A stretch of DNA of 55,791 nt, filler included, from Dimargaris cristalligena (Eukaryota), in the NCBI GenBank assembly GCA_003614675.1. It is 4 parts of 4 records of this genome, joined end to end, with 100 filler letters (N's around TTAATTAATTAA, not from the genome) between each part and the next. Parts side by side here need not be neighbours in the genome. Positions count along the whole stretch, not along the records: positions 1 to 13,913 come from ML002972.1; 3 more parts are not named here. One strand, given 5' to 3'. The notes below the pieces were generated by a model. It had not been told where the DNA came from. It worked only from the letters and a program-made list of their open reading frames with translations, and ran no database searches. The position numbers and the translations under genes were made by a program. Positions 1-12,412 of this stretch are shown here, one piece after another. How positions within the stretch are numbered: the first letter of the stretch is position 1; each line of letters begins with the position of its first letter.

Positions 1-768
1 AAGGCGGGGTCCCCTCTAAAAGGGGGACACCGTCTCATTATATTTTGTCATCTGGTAACATTTTTCAACAAATTGTGGGTGTATTCTACGTTTGTATTCT
101 TAGTCTACTCACCTATATAAAGCCAACCCGAATCCCACGATCAGCCCTCAGTTAGTTAGCCGTACCAATGCCCCCAATAACTAAGAGTTTACCCTATGGT
201 AAGAAGTACCGCTTGGTTATTTAACTGGTGAAAATATTAGTTTGGCATCAAAATAACCCTAATTTCGACGTAGTTATTCGCTTTATAGCTGCATTAGACC
301 TCTCCCGTATGGGCTATACACGTGTTGCAAGGGTATTGACAATATATCTACCTTCGCTGTATTCTGACATAAGGTCCCTCTGGAGCAACCACGCCAAGTG
401 CATCTACTAGTCGCGATTTACGAGTTCCTATTTAAAACGCCATTGAATGAGTATAGGGTGGTGAGTCTTGAATACGGTATCAAATAATTGGCAGTGGCCG
501 TGGTCACCGATAGGTCGGGTCCGCCCATAAGGGATTCTGACGACTGGGACCAACTAAGGGCTGTATGCCCATACTCTGAACCATTGCAACTATGGCCTAC
601 ACACCACTGATGCTAAAAAGTCGACTTTATCTAAATGCAGCCGAAACCACTGACATAGTCGAAACATGTAATTTATCGGACCACGAAAACAAGTACAGAC
701 ATACGTAGGCGTGTGTACGAGAATATAGCTCCAGATGAAAACAAATAAATAATATAAAACACCCGTAT

Positions 769-3434
769 TTAGAATTCCTGGTGGTGATGGGGAATAGTTT
801 CTACAGCGATTGCTGGTTCAGTGCCATCAGCGGGAAGCACATCGCACGCCGCTGGGGACATGACCTTAAGGTGATATTCACAGGTGCTAGGCTCGGACAC
901 CTCGAGGAGTTTGTTTTCCGCACCACACTCGAAGAATACCTGTAAGTTACAAGGATGAGTATAATAAGACTGATTGTTAGTAACTTATACAAATATATTG
1001 AAATCGCAGTAGGTCAATGGAGCAACTAAGCGACTATGAAGGTGCTTCTGAAACTGTCAAGCATTGTGGTAAACCAGATAATGACACTAATGAATGGTAA
1101 AAGGAATATAAAACATTGAATTACACAGCCCAACACTGTGGATGATGGTGCGATGCCTCACTTCGCCGTCCCTTTCCTCTATATCCTCTAGGAACGGTTT
1201 GTGTATAGTAATTATATGATTATAATCGCTTGACTTACATGAGCCGAGCGCTGGGGACCACCCCAACATTGCTGTCCGCCGCCGTACAGCTGTTCGCGAT
1301 AAAACCGGGGATCCGAGGGATCATTGGTGGAGATGCCCCAGTGTTGGAAATTGCTGTTGAGAGTGGGATGACAAGTGGCAATTCAAAGTCAAAGTCAAAG
1401 TAGTGATTAGTGATCGTTGAAGACCCTAAGAAACGAATTACCATCAATAGATAATATTGGAGAAGGTCAATCAGTAATCAGTGGTAGAGGTCTGGTGTAG
1501 CTGGTTCTAAATGAATCCCAAAACTTACCCAATAGTCACCGTATGATAGGCATTACGGTCTCGTTGGGTAACAGTGCCGTAGAGGCATACCGTGTAAGTG
1601 AACCTATGGCATATATATATATATATATATATATATGAGAATAACAAATGTAGACAAACGGAAGCGTGGTGAGGGGAGGGAGTGATAACCAAGGCAACAC
1701 AAACGCTGCGACAGCCCACTTAACCAATATAGCGGGAATATCGTGGTATTTAAAGGGTTGGCCAGGATAATCTCATGAAATTTACTTCAACCCAGTGGTT
1801 CTCTCAAGTATTCCAAATGCAAACTAATGGATTAACTTACGTGCCGGAATCGATGCGAAGGCACTCATTGGCAATCTTGCCGTACTCGCCATTCGGGCCG
1901 TAGTCCTTAGTCCGCTTGTGTTCCGTGATTTCCAGCTCCGACTGCAGAGATCGCAGGCTGGATTCCGCATCGATCAGTAGTTGGTTATACTTGTCGAGAT
2001 TGTCAAAGAAAAGGTCATTGGGAAGGTCGGCATCACTTCCCGTATATCTGGTAGCGGCGGTACCTTGCGATGATGGCGCAGACGATGACTTACCAACCAC
2101 GGAAGTATAGGTGGCTCGAAGACGCTGGATACCCTGGTTAAACGAATCGCCTATATATATGCATGGTTGTAAGGATCGTGACCGGGATGTACGAGGGTGG
2201 TTAACACAATAAGAAGGATGATAAAAACAGCACATTGAGGAATTGTCGGGAATTGCCAAAGGCATGGTAGGTAAATATATATGGGAGACTTACAAAGGAA
2301 GGAAAGGCCGATAGGTACTCCCCAGACAGCCAGACCCTTGGCTAGGGATGCCTTTTTATCGACGGAAGCCTCGTTTGCGGCCGTTTCAGCGGCAATACGT
2401 TCTTCCTCCACAGCCACCACATCCTCGGTCAGCTGGATAAGATGCTCGGTTTGAACATCCCATGCGTCCGTTTCATCGTCCGATATTTCAAGTATCACCT
2501 GTTCGGAGCCCGACTCCCCTTGGCTATGATATTGTGGGTTTTGACTAACGAACCGATCATACCGTTCAATGGCGCGCTTGACCGCCATATCATGGTAATT
2601 AGGATTGTGGCCCGTTTTGAGTTGGTTAAGAATAATAACGAGTTTTTCCACTTGCTGCTCACGGAGGGTAAGGGCCTCGATTATGCGGGGCACGACATAT
2701 TGGACTTCTTGCGCCAGTGTCGTACCCGGTCGGGCCCGGAATTTACGTTCATTTTCCGAGAATTCGTGGTTTTCCCGGATAATCTGGTTAATCCGCTGTA
2801 AACGGGCCACTGCGCGTTCCTGGTCGGCCACCTGGGTTCGGAACTCGCCAATTCGGCGATCCATATCCTGAATCATTTGCTGACCGTCCCGAATGTACGC
2901 GGCCTTTAAATCACTGGTATGGCGCCGATTTGCCTGCTGCTGGTCCAGTTCCTTCTGGTACTCGACGTGCGCATCCGCACATCGATTTGAACACCGGGCC
3001 AGTCCGTTGTATTCATCGGAGCCGTCGCAGCATTCCGGGTCGCAGATGCCGTCGTTGACCTGGCTGGACCGGATAAGGGCCGGTCGGTGGCCTGCATTGG
3101 CGCAATAAAAATGGCCGTTTGAACAGGCGGACGTGCCAGGTTCGTCGGAACCGTCGGGACAGTCGCAATAGTTGTTATTGACCCGGGTAAAGGGAATGGA
3201 CTTGGAGCCATCGAGGCAGGTAAATAAGGCCGGCGACTGGCCAGGGGTGTAAAGGGCCCGTAATTCGGGAGGTACGCCGTACAGAGGAGTGGAGGGCTTT
3301 TGGTTGAGATTGACCGTCGGTCCAGTGACCACCTCCGTGGATGCCATCTCCGACCAGGCGCCTACGACCAGTAGGGCCGCCAGGAGAGTGGCGGGCGACA
3401 GTCGCACAGAGCGGGAACGGGTTGACCAGTCCAT
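769..3434 (-). CDS. GTB1: Glucosidase II beta subunit (PRKCSH/Gtb1), 5 exons: 3434-2294, 2150-1841, 1603-1529, 1353-1239, 939-769
   Basis: N-terminal signal peptide. LDLa-like Cys motifs ([35 protein letters not shown]) and a coiled coil. The spliced MRH domain reads FTYTVCLYG..., [31 protein letters not shown]. All junctions are phase-compatible GTAAGT/AG. The protein ends HQEF*. Confidence 0.93.
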
Positions 3435-4457
3435 GGGTAGAATAAAGGGATGATGACTAGTAAAGGAGTGTGCGCAATGGGGGGTCAATGACTGAAGTAC
3501 GGAGTAGAAGGAATTCAAGGTATTGGTGGTAAAGAAGTGTAAGGTGATGGACTAACCCTTAATATTCAGGGTGTGGTTCCCATCCAACAGGGACTTTGGG
3601 TGGGTGGCCTGGCCCAATTCGCGCAAAGCTCATCTATTGAACCGCGGTGCACCTACCCCGCTTGCATAATGGTCCGCCCTAAACTGTAGCTGTGCCTGCT
3701 AAACCCCTCTCCATTATCCATGGCGCAGGGGTTGTTGGCTACCTCATAGCCTATTTCTCAGTAATCAAGAGCAGGTTCGTCAACCGCTTGGCGAAACAGG
3801 GCGCCTTAAACCTTGGGCCTACATAATAATTAATATAATCCTACATCCCAAATAAGGGGCTTATTCGGAGCCTTTTTCCCATCTCACCCAAAGCTTTGTC
3901 CGTGGTCGCCATAAATAAAAAGAACTGCATCCCTACTTTATTGCGTCGATTACTTCTTATACTGTCTCTCAGAGGCCATATTATAAGCAAACTTAGTCCC
4001 TTTGGAGGCCTATCTACTCGCCAAACTCTCCAAAAGAGCATCAAGATGAGTGGGCCAAGAGACATTCAATTGGCACAATAGTTCGGTAGATTGGACAAGT
4101 AGCAATACATATCGAATGAAATGTGGGGCACCCTTTATCAACTAATGCCTTGATATCACTCTGTGTGACAGCTCCTGTATATCAGTGTTAAGATCAGGCA
4201 CAGTTCATCCCAAATACCAGTAATTAGGATAGTTACAGCCGCTGGGTACTACGAACTCCACTTAAAAACACAGTCCTTGAACGCTAGTACTAATTGATTT
4301 AATAGAATTATTTAGGGTATAAATAAACATACATAGAGAGGAACCTTGTGCCTAATTTGCAAAAAATAAACAAAAAAACAGGCGCGACAAGAACCCGCCC
4401 TGCAGGGCAGGCGGCTATCAGGAATTTATAAATGTGGGAGAAGGAGATGAAGACGAA

Positions 4458-5351
4458 CTAGTAATTGTCCCAAGTCTCATTACCATAGTCGTTCTCCGGA
4501 CGACCTCCAGCGTAGGCGCCTCCGGTATTCTCTCCGCTCTCTTCCCCCAGTTTGATTTGCATGGTTCCCAGTTTGTCTAATAGAACCGCAATGGAGGTCT
4601 GGAATATATCGACCGGACTCAGGGAGCCGACCGTTTCGACCCGGAAGTAAAATCGGTTAGGTTCGGCGTTAAAATCGAATACGTCGCCTTCCTGGACCTC
4701 GGGTTCCTCGACGGCGTTTTTGGAGAGGGGCCATTCCTTCTTCTCATCTTCTTCCACCCAGTAGTGGGTATGGCGTAACCGGTTATGCGGGTCGTATTCG
4801 AAGCCAATGGCACTCACGGGACTCCACTTGGCGTGCTCTTTTGCCACGCCCTTTTTGGTCAAACAGTTGACCTTGAGTTCTTGACCTTTACGGAGTTTGA
4901 CGATGAGTACCCCGGGGTCGTCGTCGTCGGTTGTCACCGGCACGATGTTGGGGTCACTGCTCACGAAATGCCGACTGGTCACCTCCAACGTTTCATTGTC
5001 GGTACATTTGGCAGTGAGACTCAATTCGACGGTACAATTGTCACAGGCCTGGACGCAACTGCAGTCTCGGGTATACTTCATGCGATCGACGGTACTGCTT
5101 TTGAGGGGTATCAGGCCCAGGCGATGGGCCAGAAACTCATCGGCTAGGACGGAGGTGTTGCTTTCGATCTGGACAATGTCAATGGCCATGGTGGGGACCT
5201 CGGCGATCATCACCCGGCGCAGGGAATTGGCCACACTGAGGTCGGTGTTGGAGAGCACAAAGTCGACCACGTCGTCACGGAGTTCCCGAATGTGGATCTG
5301 TGGACCGCCGGCCTCCGGGATCAAGGAAGACTCAAACGTATCGTAAGCCAT
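4458..5351 (-). CDS. RPB3: RNA polymerase II subunit RPB3 (intronless)
   Basis: Motifs ANSLRRVMIAEVPTMAID, DEFLAHRLGLIPL, a Cys zinc site (CSCVQACDNC) and KGVAKEHAKWSP. Confidence 0.97.
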   Translation of the reverse strand: MAYDTFESSLIPEAGGPQIHIRELRDDVVDFVLSNTDLSVANSLRRVMIAEVPTMAIDIVQIESNTSVLADEFLAHRLGLIPLKSSTVDRMKYTRDCSCVQACDNCTVELSLTAKCTDNETLEVTSRHFVSSDPNIVPVTTDDDDPGVLIVKLRKGQELKVNCLTKKGVAKEHAKWSPVSAIGFEYDPHNRLRHTHYWVEEDEKKEWPLSKNAVEEPEVQEGDVFDFNAEPNRFYFRVETVGSLSPVDIFQTSIAVLLDKLGTMQIKLGEESGENTGGAYAGGRPENDYGNETWDNY

Positions 5352-5926
5352 AGTAGCAGTGGTATAAAAGTATAGGGGAAATGTACTAGAAAGATGCGAA
5401 TAGGGGAATGTTTTCCTTCGTGTTGCAGCGGGTGAAAGATGAGTGAAAAGACGCTAGAAACTGAAGAATAGACTGAAGCCAAACAAAGGATATGTGGACC
5501 ACGATGTAAATGGAAGACCGTGCGGATAAGGGAGGGAGTGACAAGGAAGAATTGAGTAGGGAAATACTCACTTGGTAAGCCAACTCACGCCAGCTCGAAG
5601 CGAACGAGACTCTTCCCTTCAGAATAATGCCACCGTACCCAGTCAACGCCAGCCTCGGGGAAAATGGATCCCCCTATCCAGAATGTCCCGACCGAGTTAC
5701 CAGACTTACTTTCCCAATACCCAGGTTCGTGAGTTTTTTCCCTGGCACCAACATTCTCTCTATATTCATATGCTAGGCTGTAATGGTGTGTGGTGCTTTC
5801 GTACGTTAGATAGAGCTCATACCGGCCAATCCCCTGTTTACTTTCCTTTTATTCGCACTTCGATCGTCCCACCAACGGATACTACCTATACCATAATACC
5901 TCTCGTCTATAACCCTTTCGGATAAC

Positions 5927-6342
5927 ATGAGCAATCCGGCCGCCCTCGGCGAACTCTCCCTGCACATTCGCACCCTTCACTTGTACCGGGGCTACCTTCG
6001 GGCTATCAAGCAGCTAAAGTACTCGGATCGCAACTATGTACACTCCCGGGTCAAGCAGGAATTCCAACGGCTGGGCCAGATCCCAACCGATGAAGACACG
6101 TTGGGCAAACACCTTAAGGTAGGTGAACAGGGTCTTGTATATGTATGTTCACCATTCTCACTGGGGGAGGGTGCTATCCACGCACAACTATTTAGAGGAT
6201 AAAGTCCAGAGCGCTCGACTATTAACCATGTACTTTTCCTCAATCCATTCACCTACATCCCGTATTATGCTGCTTTTATACCCCTCACCTGTTACAGGAC
6301 GGCGAACGACTACTAGCGAATAATCTCGGCGGCCTGTTATAA
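5927..6342 (+). CDS. LYR-motif mitochondrial microprotein resembling AltMIEF1/MIEF1-MP (L0R8F8); exons 5927-6118, 6298-6342 (78 aa)
   Basis: Sequence LYRGYLRAIKQLKYSDRNYVHSRVKQEF. A phase-0 intron (GTAGGT...ACAG) gives the C-terminus DGERLLANNLGGLL*. Divergent from RPB3. Confidence 0.8.
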
Positions 6343-6874
6343 TCCCTTCTCGGCCCCAACTATTGTATTATGGAATATAAACTAACGGTGATACTGCAAA
6401 GCCCATCCACCTTCCTTTTCTTTTTCATTATTTAGTAAAATCTGGTTTTTGAACTCTATTCCAACTACCTCAAGAACTAGCTAGTTGAATGAAGAAATCT
6501 AATTAATGATTGATCTGGGAGATCATTTTAAGAATACAGGGAGAAGCTACAGTTTTCATGGGGAAACATGAGTGGTAAAAATACTAGGGTAGTGTTGAGA
6601 AACTGGGCGATAATCACTTCCATTAGTGCATTTTCGATTTTATTAATGAGGAAAATTTGGCGGGTACCTGGCTGGAGTATGCCCCAGCAGGGGTTAAAAA
6701 TACGAAACTCTACCAAGCCGAGGGGACTCAATTGCTGCGCATGTTCTCTTAGCCTTGGTTTGATTCTTTTTGCCCATCTGACCTGTATAGTTTCACCCTC
6801 CGTCACATAAGTGCATTGGCCCATTCGGACCTTCTCACTCTGCCCCGTTACGCGTTCTTGGTTGACTGGCTGCC

Positions 6875-8482
6875 ATGAGCGTATTATTAGAGACCTCTCT
6901 GGGTGACATCGTCATTGACCTTTATTACGACGAATGTCCGCGCACCTGCCTCAACTTCCTTAAACTATGTAAACTCAAGTACTTCAACTACACTCCCTTC
7001 CACCAGGTCCAAAAGGACTTTATTGCGCAAACGGGGGACCCGACTGGCACGGGAAAAGGGGGCGAGTCGGTCTGGGGCCTTTTACGGGGACCCGCCTACC
7101 GGTACTTTCCCGCTGAAGTCCACCCCCGCCTCAAACACCGGGCCGTGGGTACAGTGTCCATGGCGGTTGCCACGCCCTCGGGTACCGATTTATCGGTGGC
7201 TGACACCGACTGGTCCCTCCTCATGCCGAATTCGACGGACGGGTCGGCGGAACCATCGAGGAAAAAAAGTGGTGGGGCCACTAAAAACGACCCAGGGCTA
7301 CCCAACGGTCCATTAGCGGGAAGCCAATTCCTAATCACTACCGGAGCGGACCTGGACTACCTCGATGGGAAGTACGCCGTATTTGGACAAGTAGCCGAGG
7401 GTCTCGACGTGCTGCAGGCCATCAACGAGGCCCATTGCGATGGTAACCACGTTCCTTATCGGGATATCCGCATTCGCCATACCATCGTCTTGGACGACCC
7501 ATTTCCGGATCCCCCAGGGCTAATCGTGCCGGACCGGTCCCCGCTACCCACCCCCCAACAAGTGGCCAGTATTCGTATCGCGGACTACGAATCCATTGAT
7601 GACGATGACGCGGGTACCGGTGCCGGCAATGGGCAGGCGGCCCAAGCAGGCAATGCCAATGGTAGTGGCGATGACGAGGCCGATATTAAGGCCAAACAGC
7701 GTCGGTCGAAAGAAGCTCAGGCCCAGGCCCTGACCCTCGAAATGATCGGCGACCTCCCTTTTGCCGATATCCGGCCCCCTGAGAACATCCTATTCGTGTG
7801 CAAACTCAATCCCATCACCAACGACGACGACCTCCAGCTTATTTTCGCCCGGTTCGGAGAAATTATCAGTTGCCAGGTCATTCGGGACCGCAAGTCTGGG
7901 GACTCGCTGGGCTACGCCTTTATCGAATTTGGAGACCGGGCAGCCTGCGAACAGGCCTATTTTAAGATGAATAATGTTTTGATTGACGACCGCCGGATTA
8001 AGGTGGATTTCTCCCAGTCGGTGTCCCACTTACACCAACAGTGGGTGGCTGGTCAGGTGCAACGTAAGGGTCGACGGGCCCAGCCTGCCAATCAGCGTTC
8101 GGCGGAGCCCCATTCCCACTCCCGCCAGGATGCTGAAGATATCGGTAATACATCGGAGCGTAGAAGGAGTAACCACCGTGAGGAGCGCATGCCACGATCT
8201 TCATTCATCCGTGACGAACCCCGAAGCCGGCCGTCGAGATCTACTCGGTGGGGTTCACCCAAACCCTTACCCTCGCGCTCACGTCCACGTCCACATTCGC
8301 CCTCCCCGCGTCCCCGGGACCATGGCTGTACGCGCGAGGATCACGGCGATCACAGGGACCGGCGCAAACGTAGCCGTAGCCGATCACCTCGTTCACGCCC
8401 TGAGCGTCGTCACAGTCGTAGTCGGATGCGGAGCCGCAGCCGCAGTCCCCGATCCCACCGAAGTCACCGCTCTCGCCATTAA
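6875..8482 (+). CDS. PPIL4: Cyclophilin-RRM-RS protein (PPIL4/Cyp59/Rct1), intronless
   Basis: [16 protein letters not shown] cyclophilin start, [15 protein letters not shown] ([11 protein letters not shown]...SLGYAFIEF) and an RS-rich tail. Confidence 0.96.
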   Translation: MSVLLETSLGDIVIDLYYDECPRTCLNFLKLCKLKYFNYTPFHQVQKDFIAQTGDPTGTGKGGESVWGLLRGPAYRYFPAEVHPRLKHRAVGTVSMAVATPSGTDLSVADTDWSLLMPNSTDGSAEPSRKKSGGATKNDPGLPNGPLAGSQFLITTGADLDYLDGKYAVFGQVAEGLDVLQAINEAHCDGNHVPYRDIRIRHTIVLDDPFPDPPGLIVPDRSPLPTPQQVASIRIADYESIDDDDAGTGAGNGQAAQAGNANGSGDDEADIKAKQRRSKEAQAQALTLEMIGDLPFADIRPPENILFVCKLNPITNDDDLQLIFARFGEIISCQVIRDRKSGDSLGYAFIEFGDRAACEQAYFKMNNVLIDDRRIKVDFSQSVSHLHQQWVAGQVQRKGRRAQPANQRSAEPHSHSRQDAEDIGNTSERRRSNHREERMPRSSFIRDEPRSRPSRSTRWGSPKPLPSRSRPRPHSPSPRPRDHGCTREDHGDHRDRRKRSRSRSPRSRPERRHSRSRMRSRSRSPRSHRSHRSRH

Positions 8483-9263
8483 TGTGTATAGCGTTTAGTA
8501 AACCAGAGAGATACTGAATGGGTCCCTCGACGCATTTATTTTTAGCCATCCCTTCTTTCCCTAATATTGTTTTTTTAAAATGGGGCCCTCTCTGAATTAT
8601 TCAACCCGATTTCTCAGTGTACCGCCGAATGGTGAACCTATTATACCCAATCTACAGTGGTACATTAATTGAGCGGGTTGACGGCTAGTGAAAAACCAAG
8701 TGGAAAGTGGAGTTTTTGCAACGTGTGACCCAACCCAACGGTGAAAAATAACGAGGCGAGGAAGAAGGAGACGGGAGAGGAGTGGGGGTTGTATATGGTT
8801 ATCGGGTAAGCGGCCGCCACATTTAACTAAACTGAGTCCGTATTGCTCAATAGATGGAGAATTCCCATGGTGGACACACCTCCTAGTTTGTGAACCCTGC
8901 CCTTTTTAGTCCGTCCATTTGGTTTTAATGAGGACCACGGAAGGATATAGCGCGGGTGGTTTCACAGCGACTAATAATCCTATATAACCCGCTATCGAGT
9001 ATTTTGTCTCACTTACCCCAGTAATTAGCTCCTTTCTCTGCAATCTCCTTGGATGTGTCTATTATATGGTGTCGTTTTAAAACAGAAGCCCCCGCCCCCC
9101 CTCCTCCTCTTTCTACCAAACTATCCAAGAGATTTAAATTTGCCTTGAATCAACATAGTAATGCTTTATCTGATATACTGTTGATATTAGGCGCTCGAAC
9201 TTGATTACCAGTTCCCCAGCTATCCTTAGGAACTGTCCAGTTTTCTTTTCACATTATAAGAGC

Positions 9264-10651
9264 ATGCCTCATCCAATAGCCTTACTTATAATAATCGGTT
9301 TCCTGGTGATTTTCATCATACGTGGTTCGGCTCAGGTATTTAGAGCACCTTTGCCTGATCTCACTCGACTTCCAAACATTAACCCAGGGTTTGAAGAAAG
9401 CACCCCTCGGGAAATCAACTCAGACTCCCTGCTGCCCCCCAACTTGGCCCCCGTCGACCATCAGGCAGCACCCTCCCTCCCCCACCCCCCATTGCCCGCC
9501 CCCGTTCCCCGTCTCTACGATCGCAGTACACTCCGACTGTTCCAAAAAATCCACATTGAACCGGACACCTACCAACGCATTTTAGTGATCGGAGACGTCC
9601 ATGGTTGTTTCAATGAACTTCGCCTGTTGCTCGAAAAGTTTCAATATAACCACAAAAATGACCTGGTGGTGTTCGTGGGGGACCTGGTTAATAAGGGTAC
9701 CCAAAGTATAGAGGTGCTTGATTTTGCCTTAGCCGTGGGGGCACTGTGCGTACGCGGGAATCACGAAGACTATCTACTGAGTTATCGCTTAGAAAAGGCG
9801 CGCGGGATATTTTCGGAAGAATGGCACCCGAATATGATGGAATTGGCGGAGTAAGTTTTGCGGGGTGATATTTACCGTTTATACTAGGCATTTGTCCGAG
9901 CGGGATGTCCGGGGTGGTACCTCATTCTTGGGGGGAGTTCGCTCAGTTACCGTGCACATGGATTCGACCCTGATTGCAGATAATACTGGTACAGGTCCTT
10001 GGTGAGGAAGCTCTAATGACTATGCGAACATATGCTTAACCCCTTATTTCAATTATCTACGGTTTCCCTGTATCGATTCGGATCTATAGAAACATGGCTC
10101 CTGAACACTGGGAGTATATTGAAAAATGCCCGCTAGTGCTTGAACTGCCTCGATCATTTACCATGCCATCACTGCGTAATCCAGCCGGCCCGACTGTTTT
10201 AATTGCCCATGCTGCCCTGGATCCTCGTCGACCCTGGAACAACCAGGACCCTCATTACGCTATGTATTCGCCTTTCTACACCGAGGAAATAGTGGGGGCA
10301 GCTACTACCACTACTACTACTACTGTCCTCTCCTCCTCTCCTAACACCACTACCCGGTTAACTAAAGTATTCGTGCCCCACAACGCCGACTGGATCGAAA
10401 AATGGACCAATTATTGGACCCAGCTGAACCATGAGGAACCTGGGGCCAGCGGCACCACTGCTAGCCATAATCCCCGCCAACAACCCGTGTCCCTGCTGTA
10501 TGGCCACGATGAGGATAAAAGCTTCAACATCAATCCCTTCTCCATCGGCCTGGACAGTGTCTGCTACCAAGGGGGTGATTTAACCGGGAAGGCGTTTCCG
10601 GGAGAGATGATTAAACAGGTGTCCTGTGCCAATGTGGCTAGGCAGGGCTAA
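9264..10651 (+). CDS. Calcineurin-like metallophosphoesterase (Ppn2/ApaH-like) with N-terminal membrane anchor; exons 9264-9850, 10090-10651
   Basis: Motifs GDVHG, GDLVNKG, GNHE, HA and YGHD. Hydrophobic N-terminus. Phase-2 intron GTAAGT...TAG. Confidence 0.85.
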
Positions 10652-11222
10652 CTCGCCGACCTGATTGTACAGGCAATGCACTTTTGGGGACCCAGATATT
10701 ATCCCAACAATACCCTCCCGCAAGGTGAGTGGTTGCGATTTTTAAGCACCGTATACTGCAAAACTCGGCTATTATCAACTATCGAGCTTAACGAATATAT
10801 TGATATAATATAAAGAAAGGCCTGGTTATAGCCGAAATATCCTAGAAATAAATAAATAAGTAGCATACTAAGTTTCTAAAACTGCCGTTGGAAAGCTCTC
10901 CGAATTAATGTTTGGATAGTGCTGGGCTTGGTCGAATAACGAAACCCTGGTCTATTATCACCGGGGTGGGACAACTTGGGGGGTTTCCTAATCATGCCAC
11001 AGTGAGCAAAGTAAAAGGGAATAGTCGAACAGCTCCCTCCTAAGCAACACTACACACGCCGTCCCCTCCCCCATCTTCCACTACGAAAACTGCACGGATC
11101 CCTCGCATGCCCCCTCCAAGTCTGAACATCCCGCTCTTTAGAATTCCCTTATTTGATTCACGTCGCACCTTTCCATTTTGCTAACCCCCCTGCCCCGCCG
11201 ATCTCATTTCTATTTATTGACC

Positions 11223-11765
11223 ATGGCCGACGTCGCTCCCGCCAAGAAATCCCCCTCCGATTTCCTTAACACCATTCTGGGGTGCCGGGTCGTGGTGAAA
11301 CTCAACTCCGGCATCGTCTACAAAGGTACGTCCCATCGCCGACGTGGAAGAAGGGCCAGAAATAATATTTGGCCTTTTGACCCTCCTTTATTTCTTTTCG
11401 CGTCTGCCGGATCCCTATAGGCGGTGTTATAAAAACGTTGCCATGTTTGTCGACAAGTCGTTTAGCCATAAACTAACCCCGAACTAGTCTTGGGCCTGAA
11501 TTTTTAGGGGGTTAAGCCCGATAGAAGGGGGATTTTCTGTTTATACTGGTCGGAACTATCTAACATCACCTAATTACTCCTACATTCCCATTTGGGTATC
11601 CTGTGTTGTTATGCTATATCTGCAGGTGTTCTGGCTTGCCTCGATGGCTACATGAACATCGCCCTCGAACAGACCGAAGAATACGCCAACGGTCAACTCA
11701 AAAATAAATACGGAGATGCCTTCATCCGAGGCAACAATGTGCTTTATATTAGCCGCATCGAGTAA
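11223..11765 (+). CDS. LSM6: U6 snRNA-associated Sm-like protein LSm6; exons 11223-11325, 11626-11765
   Basis: Spliced product PSDFL...VVVKLNSGIVYKG|VLACLDGYMNIALEQTEEY...KYGDAFIRGNNVLYIS. Confidence 0.96.
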
Positions 11766-12217
11766 TAGTAATAACACCGTACCCTCCCCCTCTTCTATCC
11801 ACGTGGATCCGTCTCTTGGGCTATAAGATTTGGTTTATTTTCACGGTCCTGTCACCGTCCGCTGAGGCACCATTATTATCCGATATCCCTAGTGCCCGTG
11901 ACAAGTACCATCCATCCCGTTATACATGATTTACAAACTGTATTATTCCTTGACAAACCAATAAAAATATATATGTTGCGGTAACAGAGCTTATAAGCTG
12001 TGTTCATGATAATGATTATATTCTTTTTGAAGATGAACAGTTAAGTGGGGGATATTTAAGTACTAAATGGCCCAGTGATAAATATAAGCGCAGCTTAAGA
12101 TGGTGGGTGTGGGGATTGAAGAGGGCGGCTCTTAAGACTCCGAAATGGGGTGTAGTGGTCCTTCGATATAAGCCCGCTGAACAAGGAGAGAAGGTCAGCA
12201 CCAAAAAAAAAGAACGC

Positions 12218-12412
12218 CTATACGTTAGTTGTTGGAGTCGATTCCTCAGCTTTAGGAAACCAATGGCGTCGGGCCATGGCGAATAGAGTGCGGCCGTCCT
12301 CCCGCGGGTGGTCCCGCTCGTACAGTAAGTAAGCACCGGTACCGATCAGGAACGAAAAGACAATGTCCCCTCTGGACGAGATGAGGTGAATGTAGCGGAT
12401 AGGGCCGGCCAT
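12218..12412 (-). CDS. NCE101: Non-classical export protein 1 family (NCE101-like), 64 aa
   Basis: YIHLISSRGDIVFSFLIGTGAYLLYER matches the remembered NCE101 pattern (Y.IS...D..F....G..AY..YE). Single TM segment. GCCATGG-type start context. Confidence 0.75.
   Translation of the reverse strand: MAGPIRYIHLISSRGDIVFSFLIGTGAYLLYERDHPREDGRTLFAMARRHWFPKAEESTPTTNV

Noticed and set aside
1-45. GC-rich hairpin at the window start (GGCGGGGTCCCC...GGGGGACACCGTC)
   Set aside because: Possibly a repeat end at a contig break, but there is no second copy or context to support a call.
1611-1637. (AT)n microsatellites (also about 12415, 18646, 41346) and the ACT repeat at about 10302-10325
   Set aside because: Simple slippage repeats with no evidence of function.
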